64,000 nucleotides of DNA from Chloroflexota bacterium. Lineage in GTDB: Bacteria > Chloroflexota > Dormibacteria > Dormibacterales > Dormibacteraceae. The notes under the pieces are model-generated. The model ran no database searches, was not told the origin of the DNA, and saw only the letters and a program-made list of their open reading frames with translations. Positions 27,293-35,509 of the stretch are shown here, piece after piece. The first letter of the stretch is position 1. The number at the start of each line of letters is the position of its first letter. The stretch is taken from positions 27,800 to 91,799 of the forward strand of contig VBIW01000036.1 of the NCBI GenBank assembly GCA_005880915.1, read 5' to 3'. Both the position numbers and the translations under genes were made by a program.

Positions 27293-27653
27293 GTGGAGAA
27301 GTCTTGGGTGAAGCCGCCGAAGAGGGTGACGGGCTCGGAGTCGTGACCAGGTACAGCCTTTCGTTCGGCTTCGCGTAGCCGCTCAGCCGCGCCTCCTCTT
27401 CGTCGGCTGTGCCTGAGGTCAGCGCCTGCACGTCTTTGTGATAGCCCGCGTTCTGGGCGGCGATCTGCGCGTTCTGCCTGCGCAGGTCCGAGACCTGCTG
27501 GCTCAGCTTGTGGCTGATGTAAGCCTCCTGGGCGAAGGCGATCCCTGCCCATACGAGGATGATGCCGATCGCGACCAGCACCACAAGGCTGCGCACTCCA
27601 AAGGAGCTGGTGCGCACACTTCCCGCGACGCTCAATGCTCTGTTCTGTCTCAT
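27279..27653 (-). CDS. Septum formation initiator (FtsB/DivIC-like)
   Basis: ORF 27279..27788 trimmed to ATG 27653 (MRQNRAL...). One TM (LVVLVAIGIILVWAGIAFA), then coiled coil (KLSQQVSDLRRQNAQIAAQNAGY) and ...EEEARLSGYAKPNERLYLV. Same position as Bacillus divIC. Confidence 0.7.
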   Translation of the reverse strand: MRQNRALSVAGSVRTSSFGVRSLVVLVAIGIILVWAGIAFAQEAYISHKLSQQVSDLRRQNAQIAAQNAGYHKDVQALTSGTADEEEARLSGYAKPNERLYLVTTPSPSPSSAASPKTSPRPSP

Positions 27654-27710
27654 GCTGCGACGTTTGCTGGAAAGTCGAACGGGGGAGCCGACTATAACAA
27701 ACCGGGCCTG

Positions 27711-27758
27711 GTCCTCCCCATTCATGGGTAGGTGTCGGCGAAACCGACGGAGGGGCTC
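27711..27758. repeat. Dispersed two-hairpin element, copy C (mazG-divIC intergenic)
   Basis: GTCCTCCCCA-ttca-TGGGTAGG-tg-TCGG-cgaaa-CCGA-CGGAGGGGCTCG. Confidence 0.8.
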
Positions 27759-27769
27759 GTGGAAAAGCC

Positions 27770-28543
27770 TTAGCGGGCTTCCTCCCACCGTCGATTCATT
27801 TCTTCAGTATCGATATCGGCAAAGCTCTTGCCCTCGCTTCGCAGCGACGCCTCGGCGGCGGCAAAGCGGCGGCGGAACCTCTGGCCGGCGACGCGCAGCG
27901 CGTCCTCCGGGTTCAGCTTCATCGTGCGGGCCAACGAAACGATGGCGAACAGCATGTCGCCAAGCTCATCGAACGCCCGCTCGCGGTCAGTCACCTCCGC
28001 CAGCTCCTTCGCCTCCTCCGCCACCGACTCGGCTGCCGCGGCCGGCGAGCTGAACTCGAATCCCACGCGCGCCGCGCGCTTCTGGAGCCCGAGCGCCCAC
28101 GCGAGCGCGGGCAAGGAAGCCGGCACGCGGTCGACGACCGACTGGTCGCTGCCGGCCTGGCGCGACTCGTGGATCTTCTGGTGCTCCCAGTTGCGCAGCA
28201 CCTCGTCCGCGTTCGCGACGGACACGTCTCCGAAAACGTGCGGATGGCGCTTGACCATCTTCGCGGCCACCGCCTCGGAGACCTGCGCCGCATCGAAGCG
28301 CCCTTCCTCAGCCGCGATCTCGGCGTGCATCGCCACCTGGAGGAGCAGGTCGCCAAGCTCCTCCATCATCTTCCCACCGTCACCCGCGTCGATCGCTTCG
28401 AGCAGCTCGTACGTCTCCTCGAGTAGGTACGGTCGCAGCGACTCGTGCGTCTGCTCGCGGTCCCATGGGCACCCGCCGGGCGCGCGAAGCCGGTGCACGA
28501 CCTCGAAGATGGCGGCGATCCCGTCGGAGTAAGGCTTCTCCAC
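27770..28543 (-). CDS. mazG: Nucleoside triphosphate pyrophosphohydrolase MazG
   Basis: 257 aa. Tandem MazG domains with CPWDREQTHESL and EExYELLEAI / EELGDLL motifs. Confidence 0.92.
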   Translation of the reverse strand: MEKPYSDGIAAIFEVVHRLRAPGGCPWDREQTHESLRPYLLEETYELLEAIDAGDGGKMMEELGDLLLQVAMHAEIAAEEGRFDAAQVSEAVAAKMVKRHPHVFGDVSVANADEVLRNWEHQKIHESRQAGSDQSVVDRVPASLPALAWALGLQKRAARVGFEFSSPAAAAESVAEEAKELAEVTDRERAFDELGDMLFAIVSLARTMKLNPEDALRVAGQRFRRRFAAAEASLRSEGKSFADIDTEEMNRRWEEAR

Positions 28544-28554
28544 GACGAGTGATT

Positions 28555-31500
28555 CTATGAAGGCGACGGAACCGCCGCCGGGTGGGCCGATTCGTACAGG
28601 CGCGCCATCTCGTCGAGCAGGTCGAGAAGGTCGGCCTGCCAGCCCTCGCCCTGGCGACGCATCTTGATCCGGTTCGGGCCAACCGCGATGCGCCCCGGCA
28701 TGCGCCGGGAAAGCTCTTCGACGTCGAGCAGCCTCTGCGGGTCCACACGGATCACTATGTCGTGGCCCTCGGCGATGACGCCGCGCAAGCCCATGCGCTG
28801 CCCGCGCAGCTTCACTCGCAGCGAGTACGCGAGGTTGTCGAGCTGGTCGGGCGGATTGCCATAGCGGTCCCTCAGCGAGCGCAGCATCGAATCAAGCTCC
28901 TCCTCGTCCTCCGCGTTCGCGAGCTGACGGTACGCGCCAAGCCGCAGCTTCTCGTCGCGGATGTAGGAGCGAGGTATGAAGTGGTCAAGGGGCAGGTCGA
29001 GGTTCATCTCCTCTGTGGACAGCACGTCGGACACGGCCGTTTCGTCAGCTCCGCCGCGCAGCTTCGCGACCGCGCTCTGCAGCATCTGCAGGTACATCTC
29101 GAAACCGACCGACGTGATGGCGCCATGCTGCTCAGTGCCCAGCAGGTTGCCCGCGCCGCGGATCTCGAGGTCGCGCAGCGCGATCTTGAATCCCTGGCCG
29201 AGCTCGTGAAGACCAGAGATCACGTCCAGCCGTTTATCCGCCTGCTCGGTCAGCGAACGCCTCGGGTCGTAAAGGAAATAGGCGTAAGCCCGGCGGCCCG
29301 AACGGCCAACTCGACCGCGCAGCTGATACAGCTGGGCCAGGCCAAAACGGTCCGAGCGTTCGACCAGGATCGTGTTCACGTTCGGGATGTCGAGGCCCGA
29401 CTCGATGATCGTCGTGCACACGAGGACGTCGTACTTCCCCGATTCGAAGTCGACCATCACGGTCGCCAGCTCGTCCTCCGACATCTGGCCGTGGCCGATT
29501 GCCACGCGAGCCTCGGGAAGCAATCGGCGGACACGCTCTGCTGCCTTCTGAATTGTGCGCACGCGGTTGTGTACGAAATAGACCTGGCCCTTGCGCTGCA
29601 GCTCGCGGCCGATCGCCTCTGCGATCAGCTCGTCGTCCTCCGCGGTGACGTACGTCTTGATCGGCTGGCGCTCCTCGGGCGGGGTCTGGATCACGCTCAT
29701 GTCGCGGATGCCGCCGACGGCCATGTGCAGGGTGCGCGGGATCGGCGTCGCCGAAAGCGAAAGCACGTCCAGCTGCGTTCGCAGCTTCTTCAAGCGCTCC
29801 TTTTGCATCACGCCGAAGCGGTGCTCCTCATCGATGACGAGCAGCCCCAGTCGCTTGAAACGCACGTCGCGCTGCAGAAGGCGATGCGTGCCTACCACGA
29901 TGTCGACGTGTCCCGACTTCAGACCTTCCACGGTGCGTGCCTGCGTCTCGTCGTCGACGAATCGAGACAGCATCTCGACCACGACCGGGAAATTCTTCAG
30001 TCGCTCCCGGAAGACGTGGAAGTGCTGCTGCGCGAGAACGGTGGTCGGCGCGAGCACCGCGACCTGCTTGCCACTCATCGCCGCCTTGAACGCCGCCCGC
30101 AACGCCAGCTCCGTTTTGCCGAAGCCCACGTCGCCGCACAACAGCCGATCCATCGGCTTGTCTGATTCCATGTCCGCCTTGATCTCCCCCAGCGCCGCGA
30201 CCTGGTCGGGCGTCTCTTCATAAGGAAAGGAGGACTCGAGCTCCTGCTGCCACGCGGTGTCCGGCGCGAACGCGATGCCGGGACGGGCCTCGCGCATGGA
30301 GTAGATCTTCAGCAGGTCCTCTGCCACGTCCTGCACGACCTTGCGCGCGCGGCCGCGCGCACGCGTCCAGTCCGAGGTGCCCAGTCGGTGCAGCGCCGGG
30401 GTCCCCTCCGCGCCACCCAGATATTTCTGCACACGGTCGAGGTTTTCGACTGGCACGAATAGGCGATCGCCCTCCGCGTACTCGAGCTCGAGGTACTCGC
30501 GATGCGCGCCGTCCGACTCGATCAAGCGCATGCCCTTGAAGCGCGCAATCCCGTGATCGACATGCACGACGAGCTCGTCCGGTTCGAAGTCGAGCGTGAA
30601 CTCGCGGGTCATGTCCCCTGCCTTCGTCCGTCCACGACTCGTCCGTGACGGACGCCTGACTCTCCCGAACAGCTCGGCATCGGTGGCGAGGTGGAAGCCG
30701 ATCTCCGGCTGAGAGCATCCGGCGGTGATGTCTACCGCGGCGTGAAGCAGCGCGGGCTTGACCTCGAGCTCCAGGTCGAGATCGACCTCGGCCAGCGGGG
30801 TCTTCACGCCCGCCTCGTCGAGGAGCGCGCGGACCCGCTCGTCCTGCTCGGTGGCGAAGACGATTGCGGCACCCTCACTCCGAGCGGCGAAGCCCGCCAG
30901 GGCTCGGGACTGGCCGACCAGCGGCTCGCCGCCAAACCAGCCGAGGTCAATCGCGTCCTCCACGCCTTCGCCCGACGTGACGGTGAGTCGCGGCGTCGAG
31001 CCAAGCTCGTCGAGCCGGTGTACGGTCGGCAGGGTGAACTCTGGGGGCAGCTCGCCGCCTCCAGCCTCAGCCGCGGCCAGCATCGCGGCTTCGTCGAGCA
31101 GCGTGCGCGCCTCGGCCAGCTGGCGCCCAGGCTCGAAATCCACGACGACAGCGCCCGACGGCAGGTGATCGAGCAGCGATGGCCGCGAAGGGTCGAGGTA
31201 AGCGGCATAGAACTCGACGCCGGCAAAAGCCGCCCCGGTGCCCAGGCGCGTCAGGTCGTCCTCCCACTCGGAGCGCACATCGCCGCGCAGGCGGCTCAGC
31301 GTCACGGATTGACGCAGCCTTTCGACAGCCGCTCGGCCGCGCTCGGGCCCGAGCAACAGCTCGCGGCCGGTGCGGATCGTCACCTCTCGCACCGGCATCA
31401 CGGAGCGCTGGTTCTCGGGGTCGAAGAGGCGCAGTGTTTCGACGGCGTCGCCGGACCACTCGGCGCGCACCGGCGCGTCGGCGCCCGACGGAAAGACATC

Positions 31501-32040
31501 CAGGATCCCTCCGCGCAGCGAGAACTGGCCTCGCTCCTCGACGAGGGGTTCGCGCGTGTAACCGAGCTCGACCAGGCGGGCGGCAACCACGACCGGGTCC
31601 GGGCCCTGTCCGGGCCTTAACACCACCGTGCTGTCGACGAGGTCTGTGCGGGAGATCGTCTGGCGCGTGATCGCGCGCCGGGACGAAACGACGACACTGG
31701 GCTGGGTCTCAGCGAGAGCCGTCAACGCCTCGAGCCGCCGGTTGATCGCCTCGTCGAAAGCCGGCGGCCGGTCGAGGAAGGAAACAGCGACCTCCGCGAA
31801 GACGTTAGTCGTGGGCTGCCCGGCGAGCCACAGCCGCATCTCGTCTGCAAAGCGCTCCGGCCCAGGCACGAGGATGAGCACCGTCTTGCCGTGCTCGACG
31901 GATGCGCGGGCCACGGCGCCGGCGACGATCGGCCAGGCCGGACGCGGCAGCCGGGCCACGTGTATCTCCGACGAGCCGCGCGCGATCCACCCCTCGAGCC
32001 TCGGCGCTGCGGCGATGACGCCCGCCCACAGCTTGCTCAC
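28555..32040 (-). CDS. mfd: Transcription-repair coupling factor
   Basis: 1161 aa. UvrB-homology N-terminus, CarD/RID region, SF2 helicase motifs (GDVGFGKTE, DEEHRFG), TRG and C-terminal D7. Confidence 0.97.
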   Translation of the reverse strand: MSKLWAGVIAAAPRLEGWIARGSSEIHVARLPRPAWPIVAGAVARASVEHGKTVLILVPGPERFADEMRLWLAGQPTTNVFAEVAVSFLDRPPAFDEAINRRLEALTALAETQPSVVVSSRRAITRQTISRTDLVDSTVVLRPGQGPDPVVVAARLVELGYTREPLVEERGQFSLRGGILDVFPSGADAPVRAEWSGDAVETLRLFDPENQRSVMPVREVTIRTGRELLLGPERGRAAVERLRQSVTLSRLRGDVRSEWEDDLTRLGTGAAFAGVEFYAAYLDPSRPSLLDHLPSGAVVVDFEPGRQLAEARTLLDEAAMLAAAEAGGGELPPEFTLPTVHRLDELGSTPRLTVTSGEGVEDAIDLGWFGGEPLVGQSRALAGFAARSEGAAIVFATEQDERVRALLDEAGVKTPLAEVDLDLELEVKPALLHAAVDITAGCSQPEIGFHLATDAELFGRVRRPSRTSRGRTKAGDMTREFTLDFEPDELVVHVDHGIARFKGMRLIESDGAHREYLELEYAEGDRLFVPVENLDRVQKYLGGAEGTPALHRLGTSDWTRARGRARKVVQDVAEDLLKIYSMREARPGIAFAPDTAWQQELESSFPYEETPDQVAALGEIKADMESDKPMDRLLCGDVGFGKTELALRAAFKAAMSGKQVAVLAPTTVLAQQHFHVFRERLKNFPVVVEMLSRFVDDETQARTVEGLKSGHVDIVVGTHRLLQRDVRFKRLGLLVIDEEHRFGVMQKERLKKLRTQLDVLSLSATPIPRTLHMAVGGIRDMSVIQTPPEERQPIKTYVTAEDDELIAEAIGRELQRKGQVYFVHNRVRTIQKAAERVRRLLPEARVAIGHGQMSEDELATVMVDFESGKYDVLVCTTIIESGLDIPNVNTILVERSDRFGLAQLYQLRGRVGRSGRRAYAYFLYDPRRSLTEQADKRLDVISGLHELGQGFKIALRDLEIRGAGNLLGTEQHGAITSVGFEMYLQMLQSAVAKLRGGADETAVSDVLSTEEMNLDLPLDHFIPRSYIRDEKLRLGAYRQLANAEDEEELDSMLRSLRDRYGNPPDQLDNLAYSLRVKLRGQRMGLRGVIAEGHDIVIRVDPQRLLDVEELSRRMPGRIAVGPNRIKMRRQGEGWQADLLDLLDEMARLYESAHPAAVPSPS

Positions 32041-32645
32041 GGCAATTCCTCGCAGCCCAGCGCGCCGGGCCGGTTGTAGCGGTCCATCGCGCGCTCGATG
32101 CCCGCGTCGAGGGCCAGCTCGAGGGCGTCGGCCACACCGCTGACGATGTTGGGGATGCGCTCCGCCTCAGCTTTGCTGAATCGTCCCAGCACGTAGTGCA
32201 CGCCCGACTGCGAGCCCTTCCGAGCGGGCTTGCCGATCCCGACGCGAAAACGGACGAAGTCGTCGGTGCCGAGGGATTCGATGATCGAGCGGACACCGTT
32301 GTGGCCCGCGCCCGAGCCCCCGAGCCGGATGCGCATCCTGCACAGCGGAAGGTCCAGCTCGTCGTAGACGACCCACGTCTGAGCGGGCGTGAGGCCGGTG
32401 TCCTTCAGTGCTTTCGCCACCGCCTGCCCGGAGAGGTTCATGTACGTCTGGGGCAGCACGAACCACACACCGTGTGACTCCGCGCGGCCGGCGAGCGAGC
32501 GCCAGCGCTTCCTGTCGATGGGCGCGCCAAGGCGGCGGGCGAGCTCGCGCACGCACGCGAAACCGAGGTTGTGGCGCGTGTCGGCGAACTCCGACTCGGG
32601 GTTGCCGAGCCCGACGATCAGCCGCTCTTCCCTTGTTTCTTCCAT
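32037..32645 (-). CDS. pth: Peptidyl-tRNA hydrolase
   Basis: 202 aa. LIVGLGNP...TRHNLGF...GGHNGVRSI motifs. Confidence 0.95.
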   Translation of the reverse strand: MEETREERLIVGLGNPESEFADTRHNLGFACVRELARRLGAPIDRKRWRSLAGRAESHGVWFVLPQTYMNLSGQAVAKALKDTGLTPAQTWVVYDELDLPLCRMRIRLGGSGAGHNGVRSIIESLGTDDFVRFRVGIGKPARKGSQSGVHYVLGRFSKAEAERIPNIVSGVADALELALDAGIERAMDRYNRPGALGCEELP

Positions 32646-32693
32646 GCAGACACAGCAAGGCCCGCGGCGAGCGCCGCAGACCGTGTATCGAGT

Positions 32694-33149
32694 CTAAAGG
32701 CGGCGCGGGGCCAGCTTGATCCCGGACGCGGCCAGGGCCGAAACAGTGAGCCGGCTCATCTCCTTCCGCTCGCTCGCGGTGGCGTGGTCCCAGCCGAGCA
32801 GGTGCAGCAGGCCATGCACCGACAGCAGCGCGACCTCGGCCCGTTCGTCGTGTCCGAACTGCCCAGCCTGGCGAATCACCGCCGGCCACGAGATCGCGAT
32901 GTCGCCGACATGCTCGCCAGACCCGGCGAAAGAAAGCACGTCGGTCGCGTGATCATCCGCGGCGTAGATCCGGTTGAGGACGCGCATCTCCTCGTCGCTC
33001 GTGATCCGCACCGCGAGCGTGGCTCTGCCCTCGGGCATACGAGCCGCGACCTCCGGCAAGGCTGAGACGCGGGCCAGCACCTTGCGGACGAACGCAGGTG
33101 GGACGCCGGCCGGCACCGCCTTGACGACTTCGGCTTCCAGTACAGTCAC
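32694..33149 (-). CDS. ybeY: rRNA maturation RNase YbeY
   Basis: 151 aa. Zinc motif HGLLHLLGWDH. GTG start. Confidence 0.88.
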   Translation of the reverse strand: MTVLEAEVVKAVPAGVPPAFVRKVLARVSALPEVAARMPEGRATLAVRITSDEEMRVLNRIYAADDHATDVLSFAGSGEHVGDIAISWPAVIRQAGQFGHDERAEVALLSVHGLLHLLGWDHATASERKEMSRLTVSALAASGIKLAPRRL

Positions 33150-33154
33150 CGTCG

Positions 33155-34102
33155 ATGAAGATTCTCGTCACCGGAGGCGCCGGTTTCATCGGCTCGCACG
33201 TGGCCGATGCTTACATCGCCGCAGGGCACGAGGTCGCGGTGCTCGACAACCTCAGCACCGGCCGCGAGGAGAACGTCAACCCGAAAGCGGCGCTGCACCG
33301 CGTCGACATCAGGGATCTCGCCAAGGTCAACGACGCGATCGCGTCGTTCAAGCCGGACGTCGTGAATCACCACGCCGCCCAATCAGAGGTCCCCAAGTCG
33401 GTGGCCGACCCTGGCTACGACGCACATGTCAACGTCGTTGGCGGTCTGAACGTTCTGCGGGCGTGCGTCGACAACTCGGTACGCAAGGTGATCTTCAGCT
33501 CCACCGGCGGGGCGCTTTACGGCGAGCCTGACGTGGTCCCCGCCGACGAGGACCACCCGATCCGCCCGTTGTCGCCATATGGAACCAGCAAGTTCGCCTT
33601 CGAGCAATACCTCGGCACATTCGAGCGAACCTTCCATTTGAACTACACGGTGCTCCGCTACGCCAACGTGTACGGCGCGCGCCAGGACTTCTTCGCGGAA
33701 GAGGGTCGGGTGGTCGCGATCTTCGCCGGCCGGATGATCGAGGGCAAGCCGCTGACGATCGACGGCGACGGCAACCAGTCGCGTGACATGCTCCACGTCG
33801 GCGACATCGCGGCGGCGAACCTCGCCGCGCTGGAGAAGGGCGATGGAGGAACCTTTCACGTCAGCTCCGGCTTCCCGGTGACGGTCAATGACCTGTTCCG
33901 CAAGCTGTCCATCCTCACCGAGTACAAGCTCGAGCCGCGTTTCGGGCCAGGCCGCAAGGGCGACGTCTACAGGATCGCACTCGACAACACTCGCGCCAGA
34001 GAGCGGCTTGGCTGGGAGCCCCGCATCCAGCTCGAGGAGGGCCTCCGCCTCACGGTCGATTACTTCCGCGGGCAGATCGCCCGGCTGCGCTCGTCAACTT
34101 GA
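33155..34102 (+). CDS. NAD-dependent nucleotide-sugar epimerase (GalE-like)
   Basis: 315 aa. MKILVTGGAGFIGSH Rossmann motif and SPYGTSK (YxxxK) catalytic motif. Confidence 0.85.
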   Translation: MKILVTGGAGFIGSHVADAYIAAGHEVAVLDNLSTGREENVNPKAALHRVDIRDLAKVNDAIASFKPDVVNHHAAQSEVPKSVADPGYDAHVNVVGGLNVLRACVDNSVRKVIFSSTGGALYGEPDVVPADEDHPIRPLSPYGTSKFAFEQYLGTFERTFHLNYTVLRYANVYGARQDFFAEEGRVVAIFAGRMIEGKPLTIDGDGNQSRDMLHVGDIAAANLAALEKGDGGTFHVSSGFPVTVNDLFRKLSILTEYKLEPRFGPGRKGDVYRIALDNTRARERLGWEPRIQLEEGLRLTVDYFRGQIARLRSST

Positions 34103-34470
34103 ACGACGCCCTCACCTTCCTCCATGGCTTTGGTGCCCGCGTCCTCCTCGTCTACGCGTTGGTGCTGGGCGTCTGGGGCACCTATCACTATTTCCGCAAC
34201 CAGCGGCTGAGCGGCGGCTTTCGCTCTGGGTACCTGATCATGGGAGGACTGACACCTTTGCAGGGACTGATCGGTATCGCCGCCGTCATCGCAGGCGGCA
34301 CCCCGCGGGAAGGCCTGCTGCACATGGTGTACGGAGTGTTCGCCGTGATCTTCGTGCCGGGCGCGTACCTCTACTCGCGAGGCGGGACCGACCGCCGCGA
34401 GACGCTCGTCCTCGCCGCTGCGTCGTGGATCCTGGCCATCGCCTACTTCAGGGGGATCGCCACCGGGTAA
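34099..34470 (+). CDS. Small 4-TM membrane protein, hypothetical
   Basis: 123 aa. Four hydrophobic segments. ATGA-type overlap with the preceding epimerase gene. Confidence 0.5.
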   Translation: MNDALTFLHGFGARVLLVYALVLGVWGTYHYFRNQRLSGGFRSGYLIMGGLTPLQGLIGIAAVIAGGTPREGLLHMVYGVFAVIFVPGAYLYSRGGTDRRETLVLAAASWILAIAYFRGIATG

Positions 34471-34483
34471 CGTAGGCGGGCCG

Positions 34484-35509
34484 ATGGATCCGTCCGAACG
34501 CGTCAGCAAGACCAGGTCGCGGCCGCCTGTCCCGGCGGAGCCCGAGCGTCGGATCCTCATCACTGGCGGAGCCGGCTTTCTGGGCGTCAACGCCGCCGTT
34601 CATCTGGTCAAGGATGGCTGGTACGTGACCCTGCTCGACAACTTGAGCCGGCCCGGCACTGAACGCAACCTCAAGTGGGTGCTCACGCGCTACCCCAATC
34701 GAATCGCATTCATCAAAGAGGACGTGAGGAACGCGAGCGCTCTGCCTGAACATGTGAGCAACCAGGACGCGATCCTCCATCTCGCCGGGCAGGTCGCGGT
34801 GACTACGTCGCTGGCCGACCCGAACACCGACTTCGACATCAACGCCCGCGGCACGCTCAATGTGCTTGAGGCGGTCCGCCTCCACAACCACGACGCGCCG
34901 CTGGTGTTTGCATCCACCAATAAGGTGTACGGCAAGCTCGACCACAACAACGGCCCGTGCAAGGAAGGTCAGCCGATCGACTTTCACAGCCCGTACGGCT
35001 GCAGTAAGGGATCAGCGGACCAATACGTCAGGGATTACGCGCGCTGTTTCCAGATGAACACAGTCGTGCTTCGTCAGAGCTGCATCTACGGGTCGCATCA
35101 GTACGGCACCGAAGACCAGGGCTGGGTCGCCCACTTCGTGCACTCGATCCTTAAGGGCCGGCCGCTGACCATCTACGGCGACGGTACGCAGGTGCGCGAC
35201 CTCCTCGACGCACGCGACCTGAGTAGCCTCTACGCACTCGCGATCGACAAGATCGGCATCACGCGCGGGGAGATCTACAACGTCGGCGGCGGACCGAAGA
35301 ACCAGCGCAACCTGCTCGAGGTAATCGATCACATCGGCGGGCTCACCCAACGCAAGCCCGAGTACAGCTTCGCCGAGTGGCGCGAGGGCGACCAGAAGTA
35401 CTACGTGAGCGACATCTCAAAAGCGCAGGTCGACCTCGGATGGGAGCCGCAGATCGCTTTCGACAGCGGTCTTCGCGACCTGATCAAATGGGCGGAGTCG
35501 GTCAGCTAG
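34484..35509 (+). CDS. NAD-dependent epimerase/dehydratase (CDP-paratose 2-epimerase-like)
   Basis: 341 aa. ILITGGAGFLG, SPYGCSKGSADQY (YxxxK), GTEDQGWVAHF. Confidence 0.8.
   Translation: MDPSERVSKTRSRPPVPAEPERRILITGGAGFLGVNAAVHLVKDGWYVTLLDNLSRPGTERNLKWVLTRYPNRIAFIKEDVRNASALPEHVSNQDAILHLAGQVAVTTSLADPNTDFDINARGTLNVLEAVRLHNHDAPLVFASTNKVYGKLDHNNGPCKEGQPIDFHSPYGCSKGSADQYVRDYARCFQMNTVVLRQSCIYGSHQYGTEDQGWVAHFVHSILKGRPLTIYGDGTQVRDLLDARDLSSLYALAIDKIGITRGEIYNVGGGPKNQRNLLEVIDHIGGLTQRKPEYSFAEWREGDQKYYVSDISKAQVDLGWEPQIAFDSGLRDLIKWAESVS

Noticed and set aside
27654-27788. 5' extension of the divIC-like ORF through the repeat element, and the 172-aa ORF 27034-27552 spanning the tRNA-fMet
   Set aside because: The extension translates repeat copy C, and the 172-aa ORF reads through a tRNA gene and repeat E3. 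Only the 27-codon tail (27034-27117) has independent start signals.
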